DNA of 64,000 nt. It comes from Mobula hypostoma (lineage: Eukaryota). A program made the position numbers and the translations under genes. The DNA lies in NCBI RefSeq assembly GCF_963921235.1, contig NC_086108.1:24924001-24988000 (forward strand), read 5' to 3'. This document shows positions 47,010 through 59,380 of the stretch, piece after piece (position 1 is the first letter of the stretch; each line of letters starts with the position of its first letter). The notes below the pieces were generated by a model. It saw only the letters and a list, made by a program, of their open reading frames with translations. It was not told where the DNA came from and ran no database searches.

Positions 47010-49025
47010 TGTACTTGCAGGAGTTTAAAGAATGTAGGGAGATCACTTTGAAACCTATTGAATGTTGAAAGGCTTAAGTGGAGAGGATGTGGAGAGGATG
47101 GTTCCTATAGGACCAAAGCTTGCATGCTCAGAATAAAGGGACATCCATTTAGAACAGAGGTGAGGAGGAACTTCCTTAGCCAGAAGGTGGTGAATCTGTG
47201 GAATTCGTTGCCACAGTCAGGAAATTTTATTCCAGACAGCATCAATCATGTGTAAAATATTCTCGGGGACAAGTATTGGATAGAGAAGGCATGATTAGGC
47301 TTTGTGCATGGCAGATTATGCCTAACCAGACTTACATTGTTTTGAATGAAGTTGTCAAGGAGGTTGACGAAGGAAAGTTATTTACATGGACTTTAGCAAG
47401 GGCCTTAACCAAGACCCAAATGGGAAGCTGATCCAGAAGGTGAAATTGCTTGACATTCAGGATAAATCCAATTCAATGTCAATTGGATTTGACATTGTCT
47501 TAACAGGAGAAATCACATACTAGTATTGGTATTGGCAATGGTATTGGCTTTTATTGTTACATGTACCATGATACAATGAAAAGCTGTCTTGCGTACTGTT
47601 TATACAGATCAAGTCATTACACAGTTTATTGAGCTAAAATAAGCTAAAACAATAACAATGCAGAATAAAGTGTAAAATGTACCAAAAAATTGCAATGCCA
47701 ATAAATGATAAAGTGTAAGAACATAATGAGCTAGATTGTTAGAATCAGAATTAGAAATGTTTAATATCACTGGCCTATGTCAGTAAATTTATTGTTTTGC
47801 TGCAACAGTACATTGCAATACAAAATAATAAAAAACCTATAAATTACAGTAAGTATATATAAACACAAAATAAATACATGTGCAAAAAGGAGGGAAAATA
47901 GGGAGGTATTGTTAATGCATTCATTGTCCATTCAGAAATCTGATGGTGGAGGGGAAAAAGCTATTCCTGAAATGTTGAGTTTGTGACTTTAGGCTCCTGT
48001 ACCACCTCCTCTGTGGGACAAATAATTGATCTTATCAAAAAAGAGGTGCATTCTCAGTTGTGTCACAGGGATCTGTGCTGGGTCCATTGTTGTTTATTAT
48101 CTATATTAATGGTTCAGATGTAAATGTGGTAAACTGTGTCACTAAGTTTGCAAGTAACACCAAGATTGGGACCCTAGTGGACACTGAGGATGGCTATCAG
48201 AGCCTGCATAGTGATCTGGTCCAGCTCTAAAAATAGGCTTGAAGATGTCAGGTAGAATTTAATACAGACACTTGTGAAGTGTTTCACTTTGGGAAGGACA
48301 AACCACAGTAAGACTTACAGAATGAACATTAGGGTACCGAGGAGTGTGGTAGAAGAAAGGGATCTAGGAACACAGATTCATAATTCTTTGAAAGTGACAA
48401 TACAAATTGATAGGGTCATAAACACAGCTTTAGGCACATTGGCCTCGATAAATCAGAGCACTAAGTAGAGGAGCTGGGATCTTAGGTTGAATTTGTATAT
48501 CGGTGAGGTTGAATTTGGAGTATTGAGTGCAGTTCTGGTTACCTACTTACAAGACAGATAACAATAAGCTTGAAAGAGTGCAGAGAAAACTTACAACAGT
48601 GTTGCTGGGATGGAGGACTGGGTTATAGGGAAAGGTTGAATAAATTAGGACTTTATTCCCTGGAGAACAGGAAAATGAAGAGAATCTTACGGAAATACAG
48701 TATAAAAATTATGGAAGATATAGCTGGGTGAATGCATGAAGGCTTCTTCCACTAGGTTGGGTGAGACTAGAACTAGGGTTATAGATTTAACGTAAAAGGT
48801 GAAATATTTAGGGGAATCTGGTGCGAAACTTCTTCATTCAGAGGATGGTATAAACGTGGAACAAGCTGCCAGGTTCAGTTGTAAAACTTAAGATGGTACG
48901 TGAATGAAAGTGATATGGAGGCCTACAGGCGCGGGTAGATGGGACAAGGTAGAATACCAGACAGGCATGGACTAGACATGTCAAAGGGCCTGTTTCTGTG
49001 CTGTAATGCTTTATGACTTTATGAA
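47010..49025 (+). mobile_element. Decayed CR1 fragments, interrupted at about 47520-48015 by Rex/L2-type 3' UTR remnants
   Basis: RIKGHPFRTEVRRNFLSQKVVNLWNSLP, gtgtcacagggatctgtgctgggtcc, and a CR1 3' end at about 49020. Confidence 0.65.
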
Positions 49026-49869
49026 TACACTCAATGAACTAGCATCACAAATCCTCTAGAGTAGAAAGGTTGGAAGCTTCACAACATCCATGCACACATC
49101 TCCATATTTACTCTGAGGCTATTCCTAGACATCAAAGACCCAACATAGTCACAGATCACGTAGCCTAAATGGTCCACACCATTTTATGCTTTATATGAGC
49201 CTCCTTCCGCTCTTTTTTTTATATCAACACATCCATGTATTCCATCAACAAGTTTTATTTGGTTACCTTTTAAATCCGTATATGTTGTTCAACTTTCCAG
49301 CTCCTCCAGAAAAGTGAAAGTCAAGGACGATTTAATATGGAGCCATTAAAATAATAAGAGGTTTGATAGAGTGATAATAGAGAAATTGCTTCTAATTTGA
49401 GATTATAAATATAAAATGGTTACAAGTTTGATTTTCAAGGAGTCCAGGAGAAAATTCTTTGCATGAAATTACTTTAGAATGTAGAGTTTGCTACATTCTG
49501 GAGAAGCTGAAGCAGGGTCCACATAAAGTTAACACAAACACATGACATGAAAAGATATTGAAGGGTAAATTGATTGGTTTGGATGAAAGAGGGTAGTATA
49601 CAGCGGGCAGACTAAGAGCCTGCTTTATTTTTTCTTAGAACTTCCACGTTAAGACGTAAAGCCTAATCTTTTATATATATATCAGCTTTACTGAATTATT
49701 CAACACAAAAGTTCTGAAGTCATAAAAATAGAAAGTGCATGAATATCCCAGGTCAGGCAATATCTAGAGAAAAAAGAACAGTCAATGCTTTGCACCTGTG
49801 CTGTTCCCTCTGACTTTGCAAAGGTGCTTGATTTACCAAGGTTTTCTGGCATTTTGATTTTACTACTCA

Positions 49870-50425
49870 GGAGGCTAAATAAATTTTGCCTGTTTCCATC
49901 AGTCTTATCAATTTTTATTGGTGCACAATAGGAAGTATCATATCCGGATGCCTAACAGCTGCTCTGCATGTGATGCAAGAAGCTGCAGAGAATTGTGGAT
50001 ACATCTCAACACATCATGGAAGTCAGCCTCCCCTCCATAGACTCTGTCTATACTTCTCACTGGCTCACAAAAGCAACCAGCAATATCAAAGACCCCACCC
50101 ATCCTTGACATTCCCTCTTCTCCCTTCTGCCATTTGGCAGAAGTTACAAATGCCTGAAAGCACATAGTACCAGGCTCAAGGACAGCTACCATCTCACTAT
50201 TATCACTCTTGAACAAACCTCTTGTACAATGAAGTGGACTCTTCTCTTCATTAATCTATCTTGTTATGATATCGTACATTATTGTTTACCTGCGCTGCAC
50301 TTTCTATAGGTTTCCCACTTGATTCTACAATCTGTTATTGTTTTAACTTGTTCTACATCAATGCGCTGTGTAAAGATCTAACCTGTATGAACAGTATGCA
50401 AGACAAGTTTTTCACTATATATTGA
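49870..50425 (+). mobile_element. Rex1/Babar-like 3' remnant
   Basis: aatatcaaagaccccacccatccttgacattccctcttctcccttctgcc (IKDPTHP..LFSLLP), followed by a 3' UTR. Confidence 0.6.
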
Positions 50426-50429
50426 AACT

Positions 50430-50632
50430 TCTTTTTAAAATTTTATTTAGAGATACAGTGCAGAACAGGCCCTCTGACCTGCCCAGAAGGCCACCTATTT
50501 AACAATAACCTAATCACAGGATAATTTACAATGACCTACTGACACGTATGTCTTTGTAATGTGGGAGGAAACAGGAGCACCCGGAGGAAACCCATGTGCA
50601 CGTGGAAAGAATGTACAAACTTCCTTACAGAG
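50430..50632 (-). mobile_element. V-SINE/HE1-like remnant
   Basis: tatgtctttgtaatgtgggaggaaacaggagcacccggaggaaacccatgtg...gtacaaacttccttacag. Confidence 0.65.
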
Positions 50633-50639
50633 CTGTGTT

Positions 50640-50796
50640 TGTTACTGAGGGATAGTGCAGAGCACACCAGGATGCCAGCATGCAAGATACTCAACTGAAC
50701 TTTATTGATAACCCTGGTTGTACAGGACGTGGACTCCTCCCGTGTGTGAATGGCTAACTGAGTGGCACGAGAATAACACTATCAACCTCCACTACA
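50640..50796 (-). repeat. 3' LTR (157 bp) of the Gypsy element, preceded by a polypurine tract at 50797-50808
   Basis: Minus strand aagaaggggaga|TGTAGT...AATAAA...AGTAACA. Confidence 0.75.
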
Positions 50797-50949
50797 TCTC
50801 CCCTTCTTGAATAAAAAGAAGAGAAACTGGGTATGTACTTCTTGTCCATAGAACTGTATTGGAATTATAGTCACTGAAATTGAGCAATTCAGTTGACTTT
50901 ACCCATAGCACGCAATTTATGCTCCCTACATAAACATTATTTTTTTTAA

Positions 50950-51075
50950 TGAATCCTAAAGAAGGGTCTCAGCCCAAAATGTCAACTGTTTACTCTTTTC
51001 CATAGATGTTGCCAGACCTGCTGTTTCTCCAGCTTTCTATTTGTGTTGCCATAAGAAAAAGAATTTCCAGCATTG
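50950..51075 (+). mobile_element. Solo PLE pLTR fragment with decayed hammerhead motif
   Basis: cctaaagaagggtctcagcccaaaatgtcaactg...ccagacctgctg...tttccagcat. Confidence 0.65.
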
Positions 51076-51825
51076 TATTGAGAACAATCTCATTTCGTGA
51101 AATATATTCAACATTATGACTCTTTTTAAAAGAACACTAAACCTAATGGAAGTCAGGGTAGACTACCTGAACACTCCGGCAAAGTGAGTGGACTATTCTG
51201 CTTCTTTAGTTGCTTGCCCTGAGCTATGAGGTAATGAACGATATTTCTGTGGTGAGACAGATAAGCAAGCTGATCTGGTATAGGTTTCTGGGTGTGTTGG
51301 AATGGAATTCTTGAACAGGTGTGTCCACCTTAGGTAAGTGGTGATAAGGATCAGGCCACTCTATTTCCTTCTCTACCTTTCGTGGACTTTGAAGGTGCAT
51401 GAGCACACATATTCTGACTGATTTCACCTTGTGAAGTTCTGATCACAAACGATCATGATGCATGTTGCTAGACTATTGTTCTTTTGCTGAATTGGTGGAA
51501 GCCTAAACAGCTTCACCACTCCTGAGCAGCGACAAAGATTTTGCACCGTGTCTGAGATCGTGCATGATCTTCGGTTTCTCACACTGTGTTGTCTTAATTT
51601 CTCACTTCGTTCTAAGTCTGGTAAATGAGGTTGGAAAAGGGAAGGAAGAACGGGCAGGCTTGTTCTCAGTCTCCGGGCCATTGACAACGTCCAGTGGACT
51701 GTAACCATTCATAAGAGGTGTGGAGCGATAATCTAGCAGTGGTTTGTAGGGGTCTTTTGCCTTCAATAGGAGACTCTTAACAGTTTGCACTGCTCTTTTC
51801 CTTCTCCATTTGCCTGTGAGTACTG

Positions 51826-54800
51826 GTAACCATGTAATCCAGTACAACCTGTTCATGGTCGAGTGGTCAGCGACTAAACCGGCTCCCCCACCGGACTCAG
51901 TCTGGTGAGGAGGGTGTGAAGACACCCAGCAGGACCAAAACAAGACCTGACAAAGGGCAGATGAGCTCCTGGTGAGCCAATGGCCATCTTCCGTGAAAGA
52001 GATTAAAGCCTCACCACGTATCTCCCTCTTACGAATATATGCTATACTATTCTCATTTATGGGTAAAGTATGCAATGCACTTAGTTAGAAGAGACATGCG
52101 TTGTGCAGATGAACCTGGGCCCCTTGCGAGCGATTCTGCCGTACATAGCCACAAGGAAGAAGATAACGACCTTGGGAATTGTAGGTCTGTTGGGAATGAA
52201 GGTGGCACACCAAATCCGAAAGGACGTGTGGCACAGGCTAATGATAGACTGAAAACTAGGGCAAGTATCTTACGGATAGGGACATGGAGTGTTCGAACAA
52301 TGTATCATAGAACCATAGAACCATAGAAACTACAGCACAGAAATAGGCCCTTTGGCCCTTCTTGGCTGTGCCGAACCATTTTCTGCCTAGTCCCAGTGAC
52401 CTGCACACGGACCATATCCCTCCATACACCTCCCATCCATGTATCTGTCCAATTTATTCTTAAATGTTAAAAAAGAACCCGCATTTACCACCTCGTCTGG
52501 CAGCTCATTCCATACTCCCACCACTCTCTGTGTGAAGCCCCCCCTAATGTTCCCTTTAAACTTTTCCCCCCTCACCCTTAACCCATGTCCTCTGGTTTTT
52601 TTCTCCCCTTGCCTCAGTGAAAAAAGCCTGCTTGCATTCACTCTATCTATACCCATCATAATTTTATATACCTCTATCAAATCTCCCCTCATTCTTCTAC
52701 GCTCCAGGGAATAAAGTCCTAACCTATTCAACCTTTCTCTGTAACTGAGTTTCTCAAGTCCCGGCAACATCCTTGTAAACCTTCTCTGCGCTCTTTCAAC
52801 CTTATTTATATCCTTCCTGTAATTTGGTGACCAAAGCTGAACACAATACTCCAGATTCGGCCTCACCAATGCCTTATACAACCTCATCATAACATTTCAG
52901 CTCTTATACTCAATACTTTGATTAATAAAGGCCAATGTACCAAAAGCTCTCTTTACGACCCTATCTACCTGTGACGACACTTTTAGGGAATTTTGTATCT
53001 GTATTCCCAGATCCCTCTGTTCCACTGCACTCCTCAGTGCCTTACCATTAACCCTGTATGTTCTACCTTGGTTTGTCCTTCCAACGTGCAATACCTCACA
53101 CTTGTCAGTATTAAACTCCATCTGCCATTATTCAGCCCATTTTCCCAACTGGTCCAAATCCCTTTGCAAGCTTTGAAAACCTTCCTCACTGTCCACTACA
53201 CCTGCAAACTTTGTATCATCAGCAAATTTGCTGATCCAATTTACCACATTATCAGCCAGATCATTGATATAGATGACAAATAACAATGGACCCAGCACTG
53301 ATCCCTGTGGCACACCACTAGTCACAGGCCTCCACTCAGAGAAGCAATTCTCTACCACCACTCTCTGGCTTCTTCCATCGAGCCAATGTCTAATCCAATT
53401 TACCACCTCTCCATGTATACCTAGCGACTGAATTTTCCTAACCTCCCATGCGGGACCTTGTCAAAGGCCTTACTGAAGTCCATGTAGACAATATCCACTG
53501 CCTTCCCTTCATCCACTTTCCTGGTAACCTCCTCAAAAAACTCCAACAGATTGGTCAAACATGACCTACCACGCACAAAGCCATGTTGACTCTCCCTAAT
53601 AAGCCCCTGTCTATCCAAAAGCTTGTAGATTCTGTCTCTTAGTACTCCCTCCAATAACGTACCTACAACTGATGTTAAATTCACTGGCCTATAATTTCCC
53701 GGATTACTTTTCGATCCTTTTTTAAACAATGGAACAACATGAGCTACTCTCCAATCCTCTGGCACTTCACCCGTAGACAACGACATTTTAAATATTTCTG
53801 CCAGGGCCCCCGCAATTTCAACTAGTCTCCTTCAAGGTCCGAGGGAACACTCTGTCAGGTCCCGGGGATTTATCCACTTTAATTTTCCTCAAGACAGCAA
53901 GCACCTCCTCCTTTTCAATCTGTACAGTTTCCATGGTCTCACTACTTGATTCCCTCAATTCCATAGATTTCATGCCAGCTTCCTTAGTAAATACAGATGC
54001 AAAAAACCTATTTAAGATCTCCCCCATTTCCTTTGGTTCCGCACAAAGCCGACCACTCTGATCTTCAAGAGGACCAATTTTATCCCTTACAATCCTTTTG
54101 CTCTCAATATACCTGTAAAAGCTCTTTGGATTATCCTTCACTTTGACTGCCAAGGCAACCTCATGTCTTCTTTTAGTCGTCCTGATTTCTTTCTTAAGTA
54201 TTTTCTTGCACTTCTTATACTCCTCAAGCACCTGATTTACCCCCTGTTTCCTAAACATTTCATACAACTCCCTCTTCTTCTTTATCAGAGTTGCTTGAGA
54301 ACCAAGGTTCCTTATTCCTATTCAATTTGCCTTTAATCCTGACAGGAACATACAAATTCTGCACTCTCAAAATTTCCCCTTTGAAGGCTTCCCACCTACC
54401 AATCACATCTTTGCCAGAGAACAACCTGTCCCAATCCACGCTTTTTAGATCCTTTCTCATTTCTTCAAATTTGGCCTTCTTCCAGTTCAGAACCTCAACC
54501 CTAGGACCAGATCTATCCTTGTCCATGATCAAATTGAAACTAATTGTGTTATGATCACTGGAACCAAAGTGCTCCCCTACACAGACTTCTGTCACTTGCC
54601 CTAATTCGTTTCCTAACAGGAGATCCAATATTGCATCCCCTCTAGTTGGTCCCTCTATATATTGATTTAGAAAACTTTCCTGAACATATTTTACAAACTC
54701 TAAACCATCTAGACCCCTAACAGTATGGGAGTCCCAATCAATGTATGGAAAATTAAAATCCCCTACCACCACAACTTTATGTTTCCTGCAGTTGCCTGCT

Positions 54801-57800
54801 ATCTCTCTGCAGATTTGCTCTTCCAAGTCTCGTTGACTATTGGGTGGTCTGTAATACAATCCCACTCATGTGGCCATACCCTTCCTGTTTCTCAGCTCCA
54901 CCCATAGGGACTCAGTAGACAAGCCTTCTAACCTCTCCTGCCTGTGCACTGCTGTAATATTTTCCCTAACAAGCAATGCTATTCCCCCACCTTTCATTCT
55001 CCTGCCTCGATCACATCTGAAACATTGGAACCCTGGAATATTAAACTGCCAGTCCTGCCCTTCCTGTAGCCAAGTTTCACTAATTGCTACAACATCATAA
55101 TTCCACGTCAAACGGGGAAGCTTGATAATGCAATTCTTGAGATATCTCGAATTAAGCTGGATATTATGGGAGTAAGCGAAGTCCGTTGGACAGAGGCTGG
55201 AATTGACAAGAATGATTTTGCGATGATATACTCTGGAGGAGAGAGACATGCCAATGGTGTTGCAATTATTGTGAAGAAGAAAGTCTACAATGCAATGGAT
55301 GGGTTTTGGCCCATATCTGATAAAGTTATAATGGTAAAATTAAAAGGAAAGCCTTTTGATGCTACGATAGTCCAAGTGTATGCAGCAATCGGTGAGCATG
55401 AGGATGAAGCAGTGGAATGGTTTTATGAGGACGTAGAATCTGCTTTAAAAAATGCAAAGGTCTCTGATGTACTTTTCGTTATGGGAGATCTGAATGCTAG
55501 AGTAGGCAATGTGAAATACAAGGATATAATTGGTCAGTATGGCTTAGGTGAGAGAAATGAAAGAGGGGAAAAATTTATACAATTTTGTGAACAGTATGAG
55601 CTGATGGTAGCAAACAAATGGTTCAAATTACCCAAATGAAAATTATGCACTTGGAAGAAGCCTGGGGATACTGGAAGGAGACAAATTGACTATATTTCAG
55701 TGAGGAAACGCTTCAGGAGCAGTATTAGGGTGGCCAGAACTTCTCCAGGTGCCGATATAGGCTCGCATCACAACCCAGTGGTTGTTAGGGTGAAGACTGC
55801 ACTAAAGACAAAGATTAAGGCTGCAACCAAGAAAGCCAGGCTGGATATGGACTTACTGAAGAAGACCAAGTATAGTGAAAGATTTTCTGCAGCGGTACAA
55901 AATAGGTTTGAAGGACTGAGAGTAGAAGACATGGAGCAGACACCAGATAACATGTGGTCAAACCTGAAGGACTGTATACAAATGGCAGCTGAAGAATATC
56001 TCCCTAAAAGAAGGCACGTAGCTAAACAAGCCTGGATGACGGATCACATCCTGAAGCTCATGGAAGAGAGAAGGAAGCACAAGAAGGACACATCTAAGTA
56101 CAAAGAACTGGATCAACAAATAAGAGCAGAATGTGCAAAAGCTAAAGAACAATGGTTTGTCAAATGGTGTGAAAAGATAGAGACCATGGTCATGTTGCAT
56201 CATTCAAGGGATATGCACAGGGAAACAGCAGAGATGACCAACAGGAACAAGAAACAACCAAGGACTGGCATTATTCAAGACGAGGACGGGAACATACTTT
56301 TTGAGAATGACAAGGTGGAAAGTAGATGGATGGAATACATTAAGGTATGCTGCTACGATGCTAAAAATGATCAAGTGAGTGAGAAAAACACGGAAGGTCC
56401 AGAAATTTTGGTAGTGGAAGTAAGAGCAGCCATTGGAAAGTTAAAAACTGGTAAAGCTTGTGGTGCAGATGGTATTACAGCCAAAATGTTGAAATGCTTT
56501 GGCAACTTGGAGGTTGAGGAGATCACGAGGCTTTGCAATACAATCTACTCAACAGGAAAGTGGCCAACAGATTTTGTGCTGTCAGAGTTTGTCATAATCC
56601 CAAAGAAAATTAAGAGCAGAAAATGCTCAGACTTTAGAACTGTAAGTCTTATAAGTCATGCTTCCAAGATTTTGTTATTAATACTTCAAAGCAGAATAAA
56701 AAGGACAGTTCTTAATGAAATTAATGAATGCCAGAGCGGATTTATACCGGGTAAGGGTACCCGTGAAGGGATTTTCAATTTGCGAATGATTGTGGAACGA
56801 GGTCTGGAAAAAAATGACATTTACATGTGCTTCTTGGATTACGAAAAAGCTTTTGACCGAGTCAATCATGAACAACTGGTCAATTGCCTGAACTCATTGG
56901 AGCTGGATGGGAAAGATGTTCGACTGATTGCGAATCTGTACTGCCATCAGAAGACAGTAATAAGAACTAGTGGTGGGAATTCACCGGAAGTTGAGATCCA
57001 AAAAGGGGTTCGCCAGGGCTGCATTATCTCCCCTTTATTATTTTACATTTACTCAGAGGTAATCTTCAGGGTGTTGAACAATGAAGCTGGTGTCCAAATT
57101 GGTGGAGTGACCGTGAACAACTTGATGTATGCAGATGATTCAGTGTTGTTAGCCGAGACTGAGGATGAGTTACTCAGAATAGTAGATAAGATAAATGCTG
57201 AAGGTGAACGATTTGGAATGAAAATAAATGCTGTAAAGATGAAGATGATGATAGTATCACGGAATAAAGAAGTCCCCAAAATCAGTATCAAAATTAACAA
57301 CGTAGGCATAGAGCAAGTCAAGAAGTTTGTGTACTTGGGACACATGGTCACAAAGGATGGGAAATGTGATACAAAAATTAGACGAAGAATTGAGATTGCA
57401 ATATCAGCATTCTAGAGCCTGAGTGATGTGCTGTGTGGCAAGAGGTTGGACTTTGGGCTGCGTTGTAGAATTTGGAAATGCTACGTCTGGAGCAGTCTGT
57501 TGTATGGAGTCGAGTCGTGGACTTTATACAAGGAAGCGCAATGATGACTGGAGGCACTTGAAATGTGGTGTTTAAGGACAATGCAGAAAATTAGATTGGT
57601 GATGAAGATCAGTAATATGGAAGTGTTAAAGAGAGCGAGGAGTGAAAAGGAGTTGCTGAAGAATGTGCAGAAAAGGAAGCTGGAATATGCCGGGCACTTG
57701 TTAAGAGGTGGTGGACTGCAGAAATTGTTATTGGAAGGGATGATAGAAGGAAAGAGGGAAAGAGGAAGGCAGTGAACCACTTGGTACAATAATGTGAGGC

Positions 57801-57914
57801 AATGGACTGGGTTGAGTTATGCTGAGGTCAAAAAAAGAGCGCAAGATCAAAGAAGATGGAGGTGCATAGCCGCCAACCCCGGATTCGGGACGGCACCCAC
57901 TGACTGACTGACTG
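51826..57914 (+). mobile_element. Near full-length RTE-clade (BovB/RTE-1-like) LINE inserted in the Gypsy integrase, itself split by CR1
   Basis: 5' UTR, then one ORF LRIGTWSVRTMY|QTGKLDNAILEISRIKLDIMGVSEVRW, MGDLNARVG, RTVSLISHASKILL, FLDYEKAFD, GVRQGC, YADD. Stops at 55637 and 57413. (ACTG)n tail at 57899-57914. Confidence 0.92.
52306..55108 (-). mobile_element. CR1 LINE (most of ORF2, 5' truncated) inserted in the RTE endonuclease
   Basis: ORFs from 52387 to about 55100 give endonuclease, RT and C-terminus. (CATAGAAC)n tail at 52306-52330. Confidence 0.93.
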
Positions 57915-58124
57915 TGCACTACTTGTCTGGTGCTTGAACTCATAGCCCCTAGCAAAGGCTCTGAATTCTGAGCAGCTGAACTACGGATAGTGGTCTGACA
58001 CGGGTGTCTCTGCTATGTCTTGGCAAGCGAATACCAGCTTTCAGGTGCTGTATAACCGCTGCTGAGGATGGAGAGGACAGCTCGGACACCTCAACATTCC
58101 ATGAACAGTAAGCCACAGTGAGAA

Positions 58125-58219
58125 CTTTCTTTCCATAGATGCTGTCTGGACTGCTGATTCCCTCCAGAATTTTGTCTGGCTAGCTCAGATTTCCAGCATC
58201 TATAGACTTCCTCTTGTTT
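58125..58219 (+). mobile_element. 95-bp PLE 3'-end fragment with 7-bp TSD inside the Gypsy integrase
   Basis: catagatgctgtctggactgctga...atttccagcatctatagacttcctcttgttt. TSD gtgagaa at 58118-58124 and 58220-58226. Confidence 0.75.
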
Positions 58220-58810
58220 GTGAGAAGATATTTGTCTCTTTTCAGCTCAAAAATCTCTGTGTGTGCAATTCGCCATGAAGCAAATTCTGTGGGATAAAGA
58301 GGTTCAGCATGATTACCGTGCAGTTTTCTGCATGCTTCATATTGCTCTACATAATCTCCTAGCCTTGGGTTCTGACCAGGTCACCACACAGATTACCTTG
58401 CTCTTAAGTAGCATCCTTCCACTCCTTGCTGTCCTTGGTGGATTTGACTAATGATCTTGGCATGCATAGAAGCAGGAATGATGAGCCTAGAGCCCTTTAG
58501 CAGCAAACCAACAAGAATGGGGAGTTTGTCTCTTTCGAGTCAGTAAGGTCTGTATTCATGAGCTCCTTTTAGAGCAGCTGGCCATCCATGTTTAGAATAT
58601 TGCATGACCTTGCTGCAGATTAGGTCCTGTTTCAACTCACCACAAATTTCCTCCAGTTTACTCTGTGATGCAGGAAAGCTTTCATGCACCTAAGCTAAGT
58701 AGATGTTGGTGTTTTCCATGAGGGCTGAGTCAGCTTCCTTTTGCATGGCAGAAGTCTCTGGTGTTGTGAAAGATTTGCTGGGGACATGTTCAATGTCATA
58801 ACAGTATCAC

Positions 58811-59380
58811 ATTAGATTAGATTATGAGGACACGCAGTCCTCTTTTATTGCCATCTAGTAATGGATGCATTAAGAAATGATACAATATTCCTCTGTTGTG
58901 ATATCACACAAACACAGGACAGACCAAGACTGAAAAACTGACAAAAACCACATAGTTACAACATTGGAAGCAATACCACAACTTGATGAAGAACAGGCCA
59001 TGGGCACGTTAAAATGTTCAAAGTTTCCCAAAAGTCCCACATCTCACACAGACGGGAGAAGGAAAAAAACTCTCCCTGCCATGCCCGACCACGGTCTGAC
59101 TCTGAGTCATCCGAAAACTTCGAGCCTCCGACCAGCCCTCTGACACCGAGCACCGAGCACCATCTCGGCCGAGCGCTTCGACTCCAGACCCGGCTGCCAG
59201 CAGCAGGCAAAGCCGAGGATTTTGGGGCCTTCCCTCCGGAGATACTCAATCGCACAGTAGCAGCGGCAGTGAACCGGGCATTTCAGAAGTTTCTCCAGCT
59301 GTTCCTCCGTGCTTCTCACAGCTGTCTCCATCAAATCAGAATTGTGCACGGTACCCTATTTAACAAATACGATATCATTT
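58811..59380 (-). mobile_element. CpG-rich non-LTR/SINE-like insertion with (AATCT)n tail inside the Gypsy RNase H region; family not identified
   Basis: Begins attagattagatt..ttttattg on the plus strand, i.e. a minus-strand AATAAA plus tail. It interrupts Gypsy pol collinearity. Confidence 0.55.
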
